Below, in pieces: positions 15,606 to 24,406 of a DNA stretch of 39,321 bases. Position numbers and translations under genes: made by a program. The notes below the pieces were generated by a model. It saw nothing but the letters and a program-made list of their open reading frames with translations, was not told the origin of the DNA and did not search any database. The stretch comes from a virus (Duplodnaviria > Caudoviricetes): the IMG/VR virus record IMGVR_UViG_3300017540_000268, positions 1 through 39,321 of that record. One strand, 5' to 3'. Within the stretch, counting starts at the first letter, position 1. Every line of letters begins with the position of its first letter.

Positions 15606-18499
15606 CAGGTATACCGTTCGTTATAGCTGGGCATGTGCTTCTGCAGCATCGGAAGGAAGTTGCGTTCGTATTCCTGCCGGGCGGCAGCCATGGTCATCCC
15701 CAACTCGGCCTGGGTGACGCCGGGCGCGATGCTGATGTTCGGCGCGAAGGTGGCATTGACGGCCGTGCCCCGCGGCGCCGCAGCGCCGATGGGGATCTGC
15801 GGGAGCCGCATCATGGGCATTGCGGCCACCCCGCCGTCAGCAAGCCCGGGAAGACGCGAGCCGCGGCGCATGGCTTCGACAACGCCAACGCCCCCGGCAC
15901 GACGCACATCGTCCTGCGACCAGACCACCTCGCCCTTGTGTACGATGCCGGCCGGCTCGTGCTTGCCGCCGGGGCCGGTATAGCCGCCTGATGACCAGCC
16001 GCTGAAAATCGCGCCCACGATGCCGCCGAGCAGCCCCTTGCCGCCACCGGCCGAGGACCAGGCGCCCTCGTTGAACAGCGCGGCCTCGAGCGCGGCACGC
16101 GCGAACATCTTGCCGACATTGGCGAGCACGTCGGCGAAGCTCTCGCCGGCCAGGACCGAATCCAGCAGCCCCTGTTTCACCTGCTGCTGCGTATCCGCCA
16201 TCATCTGCTGGGCTTCAGCCGCCTTGCCTTCAGCAATCGCACGCTCGTTGGTGGCGATGATGTCGGCCTTCTTCGCCTCGCCCAAGGCCTCGATGGCCTC
16301 CTTGTAGGTCATCGACCCATCGGCAAGCAGAGCATCGAGATCGACATTGCGGCGCTTGGCCTCCGCCAGGAGGGTCATGACAACCCGCTGGCGTTCCGTT
16401 TCGGCCGTCACGGCAGCGATGGCACGCGCCTGCGCCTCTTCGTCCATGCCGGACGCCTTGATCGCGGCGATCTGATCTGCCTGTTCGGACGCCAGCCGTG
16501 CCGTTTCCTTCTCGGTCAGGAGGTTCTGCGCCAGTTGCTCGCCATATCGCCTGGCCTGTTCGGCGAGGCGCTCACGATCCTTGATTTCCTTGTCGAGGTC
16601 CTTCTGCACCTCCGGATCAACCCGAGAAATGGACTGCTGGCCCCAAGCCTGCTGGATGAGCGGCGCAGGCACATTTTCCAGGCCCGCCCAAACCTTGCGG
16701 ATACCATCCACATCGCCAGGCTTGATCTGGCGCAGCAGCTCCATCGCCAGCCGGTCCTGCAACTCGGGCGTGAACAGCTCGTCGCCGGTCAGCTTGAGCC
16801 GTTTCATCAGGTCATCGAGGGTTGAGCCGACGATCTGATACCGGCCCAAGGCCGACGATCCGGCACCATTGCCATAGAGCGCCCGGTTTTCCGGCGTCTT
16901 CATCGACTCCTGCAGGGCGCGGATCTCTCGCAGCGTCATGTTGACCAGATTGCGCGCGCCGCCGGTCCAACGCCCGTCGTCGAGCGTGGCATTGTAATCG
17001 CCGCGGCTTTCCCGCTGCGCGATCAGGTCGAGGATGCCCTTGTTCGCAGCGGTCCCGGCCTGCCCCCATTCGCGGAGATTGAGCCCCGTCCACTGCTTGA
17101 TGGCGTCATTGATCGTACCGCCGAGGCCGCCGGCCAGCTCCTGCATCCGCTTGACGCTGGCCTCGAAGGTGCCGTCCATCTCGGCAATGGACTGCCGGAC
17201 CGCCTGAACTTCCTTGTCGATGGCCTTGATCACGCGGCCATAAGCCTCTGCCTGATCCTCCTTCCCTGCCTTCACCGCCTCGGTCTGGCTTTCCTCGGCA
17301 AGGCGCCGCTCATCGGCCAGCTTCTTCAGCTTCTGCGTATTCGCATCATAGGTTTCCAGAAGATCCTGCTGTGCCTCGCGTCGTTGGCGGTCCGCTGCCG
17401 CAAGCTGATCGGCAGCCGAGGTGATCAGCGTGTTCAGCGTCCCCATCTGCTCGGGGAACTTTTGCGCCGCCGCCTCGGCGCTCCCTGAAATCTGGATCAG
17501 CACGTCACGGAAATTCTCTGCATCCTTCTGCACAACCTCGATGCTGTTGCTGGTCTCGAGCCTGCGCATGGCCATTTGCAGCAGCCCGACCTGCTCGACG
17601 CTGGCACCGGTTGCCCGGGCGAGTTTCCGGGCCTGCGCCTCCTGAACGGCGGACCATTCAGCATCCGAGAGCCCGGGGGCACGAGACACAGCCTCGCCGG
17701 GGAACACCGTGCCAGCAAACGTCCTGGCCGATCCCAGCAGATCGGCGCGCGCCTGCACAGATGTCAGGGTTGCGGTAAGCTCGTTCACCCTGGCAATCTC
17801 ATCTGCCAGATCGCCATATTGCAGGCGGAGTTGTTCCAACGGGGTTTCGGCCGCCTCGACCGCATCGAGATAGGCGCCAGTGGTCTTCTCCAGGCCGTCG
17901 AGCTTTTCGTCCAGCGTCTCGGTGTCCATCGCCACCTTCAGCAGCGCCGCGCCGAGAGGGATGGCGATGGCCGCGCCAGCACCCATCAGCGCGCCCAGGG
18001 TGCCGAAACCGCCAAGAAGCTGGGGAAGCTGTTGACCCAATGCCTGAGCCGCGCTGGTGCCAGCGCCTACCTGTGTGGCAAAATCCCCAACTTGCCAGCC
18101 GAGGTTCTGCCATCCGGTGCCCATCTGCTGGCCTTTGCGCGCGGTGTCCTGCATGGTCTCGCCGGCTTGGTGCATCTGCCGGGCGGCCTTGGCGACCTCG
18201 GACGTATAGCGCTGCTGGCTGATCGCACCGACATCGAGGGCGCGATCCAGGCGCTTGACCTCTTCCTCATAACGCTTGGCGGCGCGATAGACCGGATCGT
18301 ACTGCCGGGCGAGACGATCGAGGTCACGGGCATGTGCCCGCGCGGCCTGGGTATCGGTCACCCGGCCCTGGGCGTCCTGGAACGCCTTCTGCGCCTCTTC
18401 GCCGCGTTTGCGGAACTCGGCGACGACCTTGTTGGATTCGGCGACAAGCTGGGCGTCCGAAAAGCCCGCCGATATGATCAGATCCGGTTCTTCAGCCAT
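15605..18499 (-). CDS. Tape measure protein with embedded lysozyme-like domain
   Basis: 964 aa, helical; QVGDFATQV, GGYTGPGGKHEPAGIVHKGE; muramidase-like RESRGDYN...ALGRYQI...FTPELQDRLA. Confidence 0.93.
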   Translation of the reverse strand: MAEEPDLIISAGFSDAQLVAESNKVVAEFRKRGEEAQKAFQDAQGRVTDTQAARAHARDLDRLARQYDPVYRAAKRYEEEVKRLDRALDVGAISQQRYTSEVAKAARQMHQAGETMQDTARKGQQMGTGWQNLGWQVGDFATQVGAGTSAAQALGQQLPQLLGGFGTLGALMGAGAAIAIPLGAALLKVAMDTETLDEKLDGLEKTTGAYLDAVEAAETPLEQLRLQYGDLADEIARVNELTATLTSVQARADLLGSARTFAGTVFPGEAVSRAPGLSDAEWSAVQEAQARKLARATGASVEQVGLLQMAMRRLETSNSIEVVQKDAENFRDVLIQISGSAEAAAQKFPEQMGTLNTLITSAADQLAAADRQRREAQQDLLETYDANTQKLKKLADERRLAEESQTEAVKAGKEDQAEAYGRVIKAIDKEVQAVRQSIAEMDGTFEASVKRMQELAGGLGGTINDAIKQWTGLNLREWGQAGTAANKGILDLIAQRESRGDYNATLDDGRWTGGARNLVNMTLREIRALQESMKTPENRALYGNGAGSSALGRYQIVGSTLDDLMKRLKLTGDELFTPELQDRLAMELLRQIKPGDVDGIRKVWAGLENVPAPLIQQAWGQQSISRVDPEVQKDLDKEIKDRERLAEQARRYGEQLAQNLLTEKETARLASEQADQIAAIKASGMDEEAQARAIAAVTAETERQRVVMTLLAEAKRRNVDLDALLADGSMTYKEAIEALGEAKKADIIATNERAIAEGKAAEAQQMMADTQQQVKQGLLDSVLAGESFADVLANVGKMFARAALEAALFNEGAWSSAGGGKGLLGGIVGAIFSGWSSGGYTGPGGKHEPAGIVHKGEVVWSQDDVRRAGGVGVVEAMRRGSRLPGLADGGVAAMPMMRLPQIPIGAAAPRGTAVNATFAPNISIAPGVTQAELGMTMAAARQEYERNFLPMLQKHMPSYNERYT

Positions 18500-18744
18500 C
18501 AGAAGCCCACAATGCCCATTTCCTTGAGATCGGCGTCGGACAGTGCGTCTGCCGCACCGTCCCCGTTCGTTTTCCAGCCATGGGCCCGGCCATAGCCATC
18601 AAGGCAGGCGCGGAACTGCCAAGGGGTCATCTCGCCCACCTGACGAGGGCTGAACCCCAGCACCGCACCTAACCCGTAATAGGTGCTGAACTTCCACTTT
18701 CCGCGAGGGAGGGTTCCTGCGTCTGATCGCCCGCCGGCAAACCC
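18499..18744 (-). CDS. Tail assembly chaperone -1 frameshift extension (gpGT-like)
   Basis: -1 frame open from slippery G GGT TTG (18738-18744) through GAVLGFSPRQVGEMTPWQFRACLDG to a TGA overlapping the TMP ATG. Confidence 0.75.
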   Translation of the reverse strand, partial: GFAGGRSDAGTLPRGKWKFSTYYGLGAVLGFSPRQVGEMTPWQFRACLDGYGRAHGWKTNGDGAADALSDADLKEMGIVGF

Positions 18745-19061
18745 TCCCCCACCGGATCATCCGGCGGGCCGTAAAGGGCGAGGGACAGGATCTCCATCGC
18801 GGGCCGCTTCAGCGCGATCCACGGCTGCTGCGCCACGACCCGGTCTACTAGCCGCTTGGCATCGACCTCGTCCATGCCGCCACCGATCAGCCCGTTGCGG
18901 ATCACCTCCATCAGATGAGGCAGTTCCCATTGCCCAAGGCTGATGCGGTTCAGCAGAAACTCGGGACCGCAATCGGTGTGCTGCTGGATCACCTCGGCCT
19001 CGGCGATGCCGAGGCGGACAGCGTGTTCGCCGCCCGCCCATCGCATGACGACGCGCGCCAT
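18669..19061 (-). CDS. Tail assembly chaperone (gpG-like)
   Basis: WAGGEHAVRLGI...VIRNGLIGGGM; between major tail and tape measure genes. Confidence 0.8.
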   Translation of the reverse strand: MARVVMRWAGGEHAVRLGIAEAEVIQQHTDCGPEFLLNRISLGQWELPHLMEVIRNGLIGGGMDEVDAKRLVDRVVAQQPWIALKRPAMEILSLALYGPPDDPVGEGLPAGDQTQEPSLAESGSSAPITG

Positions 19062-19513
19062 CAAGCAGCCCTCGGCAGGCGGGTCGGCGTGCCATCGAAT
19101 TCCAGCGCGATCGATGCCGTGACCTTCTGGCCCTTGGTTCGCTGGTTGGTCAGCGTGGTCATGACCGCCGGGCCCCGTTCGTACTGCGTATCGCCAACCG
19201 CGGCATTCTGGTTGCCGAGCCGGATGAGCTTGCTCTGGCCGCCGTAGAACCAGTCCAGCATCATCTCGTGGGACTGCTGCGCCCAGACACCGTCGGCAGA
19301 AACCGACACCTGCAGCGAGCGAAGCGCCCGCTCCTGATCGAGGGGCAGAGATTCATCGTCGCAATCTGCCGGAACCTCGCTGGTGTCGAATGTCGCCGAG
19401 CGCGTGATTGTGACGCCCACCAGGCCGCAGATCTTGGTCCAGGTGGTGCCAGCCTCGTCGGTGGCGACCTCGAGCGTCATCTGCTCGAACTTCTCGGTAA
19501 TCGGTTTTGCCAT
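19061..19513 (-). CDS. Major tail tube protein
   Basis: WTKICGL, VPADCDD, SVSADGVW, FDGTP motifs; synteny. Confidence 0.88.
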   Translation of the reverse strand: MAKPITEKFEQMTLEVATDEAGTTWTKICGLVGVTITRSATFDTSEVPADCDDESLPLDQERALRSLQVSVSADGVWAQQSHEMMLDWFYGGQSKLIRLGNQNAAVGDTQYERGPAVMTTLTNQRTKGQKVTASIALEFDGTPTRLPRAA

Positions 19514-19527
19514 GCCTCAGCTCCATG

Positions 19528-19551
19528 AAAAATGCCGCCCCAGGGCGGCAT
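19528..19551 (-). terminator. Intrinsic terminator upstream of the major tail gene
   Basis: ATGCCGCC-CTGG-GGCGGCAT then TTTT. Confidence 0.65.
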
Positions 19552-19582
19552 GTCGGTTTGAAGGGCTCGAAATCGCGCCCGA

Positions 19583-19780
19583 TTAATCGGCCTCGGCGGC
19601 CGGTTTTGCCCGGCCCTTGCGAACCGAAGGCGGAGACTCTGTCGCGCAGCCAGCCTTGACGGCCGCATCGATGAACTCGCGCGGGTAATATTGCGGATCG
19701 TCCTTGGGATAGGCGGACCAGCCTGCATTGCGCGTCATGCTGGTATAATGAAACTCGCGCGTGAATATCGCCTTAGCCAC
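19583..19780 (-). CDS. Small phage hypothetical protein
   Basis: Overlaps the upstream stop, RBS GGAGGAG. Confidence 0.65.
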   Translation of the reverse strand: MAKAIFTREFHYTSMTRNAGWSAYPKDDPQYYPREFIDAAVKAGCATESPPSVRKGRAKPAAEAD

Positions 19781-20219
19781 GGCGCAACTCCTCCCTGATT
19801 GCCGCCCGGACGCGGTCGCGGATCAGCTTGCGGAACTCGGCCCGCTTCGCCTTCCATGCCGGATAGAAGGTCGGGCGTGCAGGCACTCCATCCTTGGTTC
19901 CGAATTCGTGGAACCGGAAATAGAAGCCATCTCCAGCACCGGCATAGATCCTGATCCGCAAGGTGGCATACTGGTCACCCTTGTTCTTGCCGCTACGGAT
20001 TTCGTCGATCATGAAGGTGCCGGGCGGCAACTCGCCCCAGGTCCAGCCGATCGACTGGACCATGTCGCCGGATCGCTGGGTGAAGGTTGAGCGGACCATG
20101 TTGCGGATATATTCGCAGACCTCTTCAGCCCCCTCCTCCATCGCTTGGCGCGCAGCCTCGACCGCGACATCAGGAATTCGCTTGAGTTTCGCCATGATCC
20201 GGGGGTTAAGCTGGGCCAT
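19773..20219 (-). CDS. HK97 gp10-like tail completion protein
   Basis: SGDMVQSIGW, FYFRFHEFGT, PARPTFYPAW motifs. Confidence 0.85.
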   Translation of the reverse strand: MAQLNPRIMAKLKRIPDVAVEAARQAMEEGAEEVCEYIRNMVRSTFTQRSGDMVQSIGWTWGELPPGTFMIDEIRSGKNKGDQYATLRIRIYAGAGDGFYFRFHEFGTKDGVPARPTFYPAWKAKRAEFRKLIRDRVRAAIREELRRG

Positions 20220-20239
20220 TGCACACTCCGGAGGATCGC

Positions 20240-20692
20240 ATGCGTATCTATCTCGCTATCATGCTCTTTTCTTTCGCAACACCGGCGCATTCCGGAATAG
20301 CGGATTGGTGCGTTGAGGAATACAAGGCAGGGAACAAAAAAGGCGGCGACCATTGGGCCGAAGCAATTTTAAAGGGCGGGCGCACATTCGATAGACGAGA
20401 GGCGAAGACCGCAGAAGAATGCATTAAAATACACACCGGCGAGGAACATACCTATATCCCTTCATCGAAGGAATTTATTAGCACATCAAATATGCAAAAG
20501 AATATTGAAGCAGAGGAGGCAATACAGAAAAGCATCAAGGCACTGGAACAACGCCAAGCAGAGAGAGAACTCGCGGTAATGAAGAAGCTTGCCGATTCCT
20601 GTGAGCGACTTTATGAGAGGGATGAAATTACCGCGATAACCAATCAATTGTGTTACCAATACTTCTTTTCAACGGGACTTCCGGCCAACTAA
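20240..20692 (+). CDS. Exported low-GC moron protein of unknown function
   Basis: Signal peptide MRIYLAIMLFSFATPAHS, four Cys, RBS GGAGGA; antisense within the tail operon. Confidence 0.75.
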   Translation: MRIYLAIMLFSFATPAHSGIADWCVEEYKAGNKKGGDHWAEAILKGGRTFDRREAKTAEECIKIHTGEEHTYIPSSKEFISTSNMQKNIEAEEAIQKSIKALEQRQAERELAVMKKLADSCERLYERDEITAITNQLCYQYFFSTGLPAN

Positions 20693-21075
20693 CCTTCCAC
20701 CATCGCCTCGACCTGCACCACGCCATGCACTGACGCGCCATCAGGATCGTCCATGACGCGAACCAGCGTGACGCGCATCGGGTGCATGGTCAGCGCATCG
20801 GTGTCGGCCCAGCCATGCAGGGCGGCCTTCACCTGGCCAACAATCTTCCCGACCTCGGCCTTGCTGGTCATGCTATGATAGATGCCAATCTGGACGGTCC
20901 AGTCCTCGGCCTCGATGCATTCCGCATCCGCCGCCACGCCATAGAAGGTGTCGAAAGCGGCATAGGGCGTCTCGTCGCCCTCGGTGGCGCGGTCGAAAAC
21001 GCGACCTCCCAAGGCTGGCACCTGGACGATCAGCCGGGCGCGGATCACCTGGATCAACGGCTCTATGTCGATCAT
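20689..21075 (-). CDS. Tail terminator (DUF3168-like)
   Basis: LGGRVFDRA...PYAAF...DAECI...DPDG..VHGVV. Confidence 0.82.
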   Translation of the reverse strand: MIDIEPLIQVIRARLIVQVPALGGRVFDRATEGDETPYAAFDTFYGVAADAECIEAEDWTVQIGIYHSMTSKAEVGKIVGQVKAALHGWADTDALTMHPMRVTLVRVMDDPDGASVHGVVQVEAMVEG

Positions 21076-21401
21076 CCGACGCACTCCGCCAGCATCTCGA
21101 GGAAGGCCCGATCCTGCGTCTCCCGCGGATCTTCCTTCACGTCATAGGTCCGGCCGTCGATGACGACCCGCCATTCCGACGTGATCCGCCGCGAGCCAGC
21201 AAAGGCCCGCACGGTGACAATGGCCGGGCTTTTCGAGACCAGACGCGCCTGCATGACGCTTTCACCACCCCGCAGGTGCCGGACGTTCGCCCAGATCGTG
21301 AACTGATGATCATAGCGCTGGATGCGCTTGCCGTTGGCGTCGGTCTCCTTGAACGGCGCGCTGAACGCGGCCCGCTTGGTCAGAGCGCCCGCGCGGATCA
21401 T
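21072..21401 (-). CDS. Head-tail adaptor/head closure protein
   Basis: MIRAGAL..R, WANVRHLRGGESVMQARL, ITSEWRV motifs. Confidence 0.85.
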   Translation of the reverse strand: MIRAGALTKRAAFSAPFKETDANGKRIQRYDHQFTIWANVRHLRGGESVMQARLVSKSPAIVTVRAFAGSRRITSEWRVVIDGRTYDVKEDPRETQDRAFLEMLAECVG

Positions 21402-21766
21402 GGGGTGCCGACCTGCGGCTCCGGCACCGGGTGAAACACCCGATACCCGGAAAGCAACGCGCGAACGGTCACCGGCGGCACGGCATCATCCGAGGTGCCG
21501 CCCTCGCCGCCGCGATCCTCGTACATTCGCTCAGCCAGCATCTTGACGGCCACCGTGATCGCCTCGTCCGCGACGATCTGATAGCGGTCATAGCCCGGCG
21601 CGCCCGGCGCCGGCAAATCGACCGCCGAGGCATAAATGGGCCGCCCGATCCAGTTCCGCACCTGAAGTTCGGCAGCCCGGCCGAACGCAGCGATGATCGA
21701 ATCCTCCTCGGTATCCGCTGGATCGACCCGTAGGTGCAGCTTCAGATCGGGCAGAGCAACGATCAT
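21398..21766 (-). CDS. Head-tail connector (gp6-like)
   Basis: LKLHLRVD...ED, AVKMLAERMYEDR, VRALLSGYR. Confidence 0.88.
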   Translation of the reverse strand: MIVALPDLKLHLRVDPADTEEDSIIAAFGRAAELQVRNWIGRPIYASAVDLPAPGAPGYDRYQIVADEAITVAVKMLAERMYEDRGGEGGTSDDAVPPVTVRALLSGYRVFHPVPEPQVGTP

Positions 21767-22248
21767 TTCGAGCCCTTGCCCTTCGGGGCGTCCTTGGCCT
21801 CGGTCGCCGCATCCTCGGCAGCAGCGGCGGAAGCCACCGTCGTCTGATCCAGATCGGCATTCGCCTTCTCCCGCGCATCGAGTTCGGCCTGACGCTGTTT
21901 CAAAGAGGCTTCCAGATCGTGCAGGCGCTTGGCATCCGCCTCGAGCTGTGTGGCACGTTCCTCGAGCAGCTTCTCCCGCGCATCGAGCTCGAGACCGGCC
22001 GTGGCGCTTTCGATTGGCTGGGGCGCCTCGGGCAAGGGCGCGAAACCCGGCGTGACGCCGACCGTCTCGACCTTCAGGTATTCCTCCTGCGCCTTGGTGG
22101 CGGCCGCAATATCCTCGGCGCGGGCCGGGACGAAACGCTTGGTGGCCAGCAGCTTTTTCGCCGCATCGTCGTCAACCTCGACGATGCCGCCGGCCTTGAC
22201 CCGGCCATAGGCGCCGATCGAGCCGCGGAGCGCTTTCAACTTCGGCAT
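21763..22248 (-). CDS. Hypothetical coiled-coil protein after capsid gene
   Basis: MPKLKALRG... with RBS AAAGGA; ATGA overlap with next gene. Confidence 0.7.
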   Translation of the reverse strand: MPKLKALRGSIGAYGRVKAGGIVEVDDDAAKKLLATKRFVPARAEDIAAATKAQEEYLKVETVGVTPGFAPLPEAPQPIESATAGLELDAREKLLEERATQLEADAKRLHDLEASLKQRQAELDAREKANADLDQTTVASAAAAEDAATEAKDAPKGKGSK

Positions 22249-22312
22249 GTCCGTATTCCTTTCGTGAAGGGAGTTGCGGCGGGCGCAGACGATGCCGCGC
22301 CCGCAACCATGA

Positions 22313-23530
22313 TCAGCCGCCCGGGGCGGTGTAGTAGCAGAGCGCCAGCGGGCGCTTGACCACCACGACGCCGCGCTTCTCACCGCGCACGGTCAGCATG
22401 TTCTTGTCGAAGTTGTCGCGGTTCTCCGACGACAGCAGGATCTCGATGTCCTGGCGCTGGTAGTAGGTGGCGGCCAGCTTGAAGGCTCCGGTCAGGAAAT
22501 CGCCTTCCGGCATGTCCTCGGTATCGACCACCCGACGACCCCAGAGGCGCGGCGTCGGCGTCTCCATGAAGGGGTTGCCGAAGATGTAGCGCCCGGTCGT
22601 GTCCTTCAGCATCTCGGCCGCGGCCCAGTCCCAGATATTCAGGACATGTGCATCGACGACATAGCCCGCCGCCGACACCTGCAGCATGGCAAGGCGCAAC
22701 CGGTCGAGGATTGTCGCGCCAGAGGGCTCGCGGGCGGTCTGGCCATAGGCCGTGGCATTGGTGATCAGGCCCGAGAAGTTCTCTCCAGTGCCGTCGCCCG
22801 CCAGGATCTGCGCGTTCTCGACCTTGTTGACCTCATAGGTCAGCGTGGTGTCGATATCGGTCCGCAGCGCCGGGATGTCGTCCAGCATGTGCTTGTGGAT
22901 TTCCATCCGGCCGGCGATGGTCTTCACCTCGGCCGATTCCGAGGTCCAGGTCTTGTCGATCAGCGGCTTCACCGTGGTGCCGTCATCCGGCACGATGCCG
23001 GCGGCGCCCGTGCGCGAGACCTCGCGGAAATACTTGATCAGCGGCTGGCCCGTCTCGCCCACCGTGATCAGGTCTTTCACCACCAGCTTCTTGTCGGGCT
23101 CGGCGATGATCTCGGGCTCGCGGCGTTCGGGCAGCAGCTCGCCGGCAGAGCCAGGCAGCGAGGTGATGGCGTTGAAGAAGCCCAACGACACGTCGCCGTT
23201 CACGCCGCCCTTGGCCGCGGCCTTGATCTTCTCCTCGGCCTCGGCCACCACCAACTGGCCCAGAGACTTGGCGCCGCCGGCACCGCTGCGGCGGCCGCTG
23301 GCGAAGCGCTGCGCGAGATCACGGGCGGAAGCCTCCATCTCGTCGATGCGCGCCTTCAGCTCGCCCTGCTCGGCAAGTGCCTTATCGACATTCGCCTTGG
23401 TCTCTTCGGTCAGGCCGCCGAGACGCTTGGCCTCGTCCAGCGCGGCCTGGGCGCTCTTGTTGATATTGCCGGTAACCTTGTCGAATTCGGCTTTGAACTC
23501 GCCGAACGCCTGTTCCATGTCAAAGGCCAT
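22313..23530 (-). CDS. Major capsid protein, HK97 fold
   Basis: Coiled-coil delta domain; ILAGDGTG..FSG, LKDTTGRYIF, LWGRRVV, DNFDKNM motifs. Confidence 0.95.
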   Translation of the reverse strand: MAFDMEQAFGEFKAEFDKVTGNINKSAQAALDEAKRLGGLTEETKANVDKALAEQGELKARIDEMEASARDLAQRFASGRRSGAGGAKSLGQLVVAEAEEKIKAAAKGGVNGDVSLGFFNAITSLPGSAGELLPERREPEIIAEPDKKLVVKDLITVGETGQPLIKYFREVSRTGAAGIVPDDGTTVKPLIDKTWTSESAEVKTIAGRMEIHKHMLDDIPALRTDIDTTLTYEVNKVENAQILAGDGTGENFSGLITNATAYGQTAREPSGATILDRLRLAMLQVSAAGYVVDAHVLNIWDWAAAEMLKDTTGRYIFGNPFMETPTPRLWGRRVVDTEDMPEGDFLTGAFKLAATYYQRQDIEILLSSENRDNFDKNMLTVRGEKRGVVVVKRPLALCYYTAPGG

Positions 23531-23531
23531 G

Positions 23532-24404
23532 TCAGTTCTCCATCTTGGCCGTTAGGGATTTGGCCCACCCGGTCAGGCTGGCCATGGTCTCGACAGCGCG
23601 CGGCATGTCGTCGTCAGCAGCGCTCGGCTTGCTGGTAAGAGCCTTGATCGCGGCGCGGCGTTCAGACCGGGTCATCCCGTCCCGGGAGAGTGCCGCCTCG
23701 ATGCGCGCGATGGTTTTGGTCTGCGGCGCCTGAGCCTTGGCCTTTTCGGAAACCTCGATGGCATCCGCGGCCAGAAGATCGTCGGCGAAACCCTGGTCTA
23801 TGGCCGCGCGGCCGGAGATCCAGGTCTCGCGATCCATCATCTGACCGATCTGGCCGGCATCGATCTTGGTGCGCAGCGAATAGAGTTCGGCCATCACCTC
23901 GTCGAAGGCGCCGAGCTGGCCGGCAACCGTGGCGAGGTCGTGCCGGTCACCGATGGCATAGACCCAGGTGTTGTGGATCATCAGGAAGCCGGCCCGGGCG
24001 ATTTCCACGCGGTCCCCGGCCATGGCGATCACCGAGGCGGCAGAGGCGGCAAGACCGACGATGCGCACCGTCACGTCCGCCTTGTGCCCGCGCAGCATGT
24101 TGTAGATCGCCAGCCCCTCGAACACGTCGCCGCCCGGGCTGTTGATGTTGACCACCACCTCGCGCTCGCCGGCAGCGCGCAGCAGCGCCCCCACCTTGCG
24201 CCCGGTCACGCCGTAGCCGTCCCAGGTGTCGCCGATCACATCCATCACGTCGATGGCGAAGGGGCCGCTATCATCGCCCACCGCCTCGGCGCGGGCGCGC
24301 AGTTCGGGCTGCCACTTCTCGAAAGCCTTGGGCGGGGCGCATTCGGCGCGCACGTCGTCGGGCCGCACACCGAAATGCGCGACCGGCATGTGGTTCTTGG
24401 CCAT
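23532..24404 (-). CDS. ClpP-like prohead maturation protease
   Basis: INSPGGDVFEGLAIYN, GLAASAAS, MIHN, ETW motifs; true start MAKNHM at 24404. Confidence 0.93.
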   Translation of the reverse strand: MAKNHMPVAHFGVRPDDVRAECAPPKAFEKWQPELRARAEAVGDDSGPFAIDVMDVIGDTWDGYGVTGRKVGALLRAAGEREVVVNINSPGGDVFEGLAIYNMLRGHKADVTVRIVGLAASAASVIAMAGDRVEIARAGFLMIHNTWVYAIGDRHDLATVAGQLGAFDEVMAELYSLRTKIDAGQIGQMMDRETWISGRAAIDQGFADDLLAADAIEVSEKAKAQAPQTKTIARIEAALSRDGMTRSERRAAIKALTSKPSAADDDMPRAVETMASLTGWAKSLTAKMEN

Positions 24405-24406
24405 CG

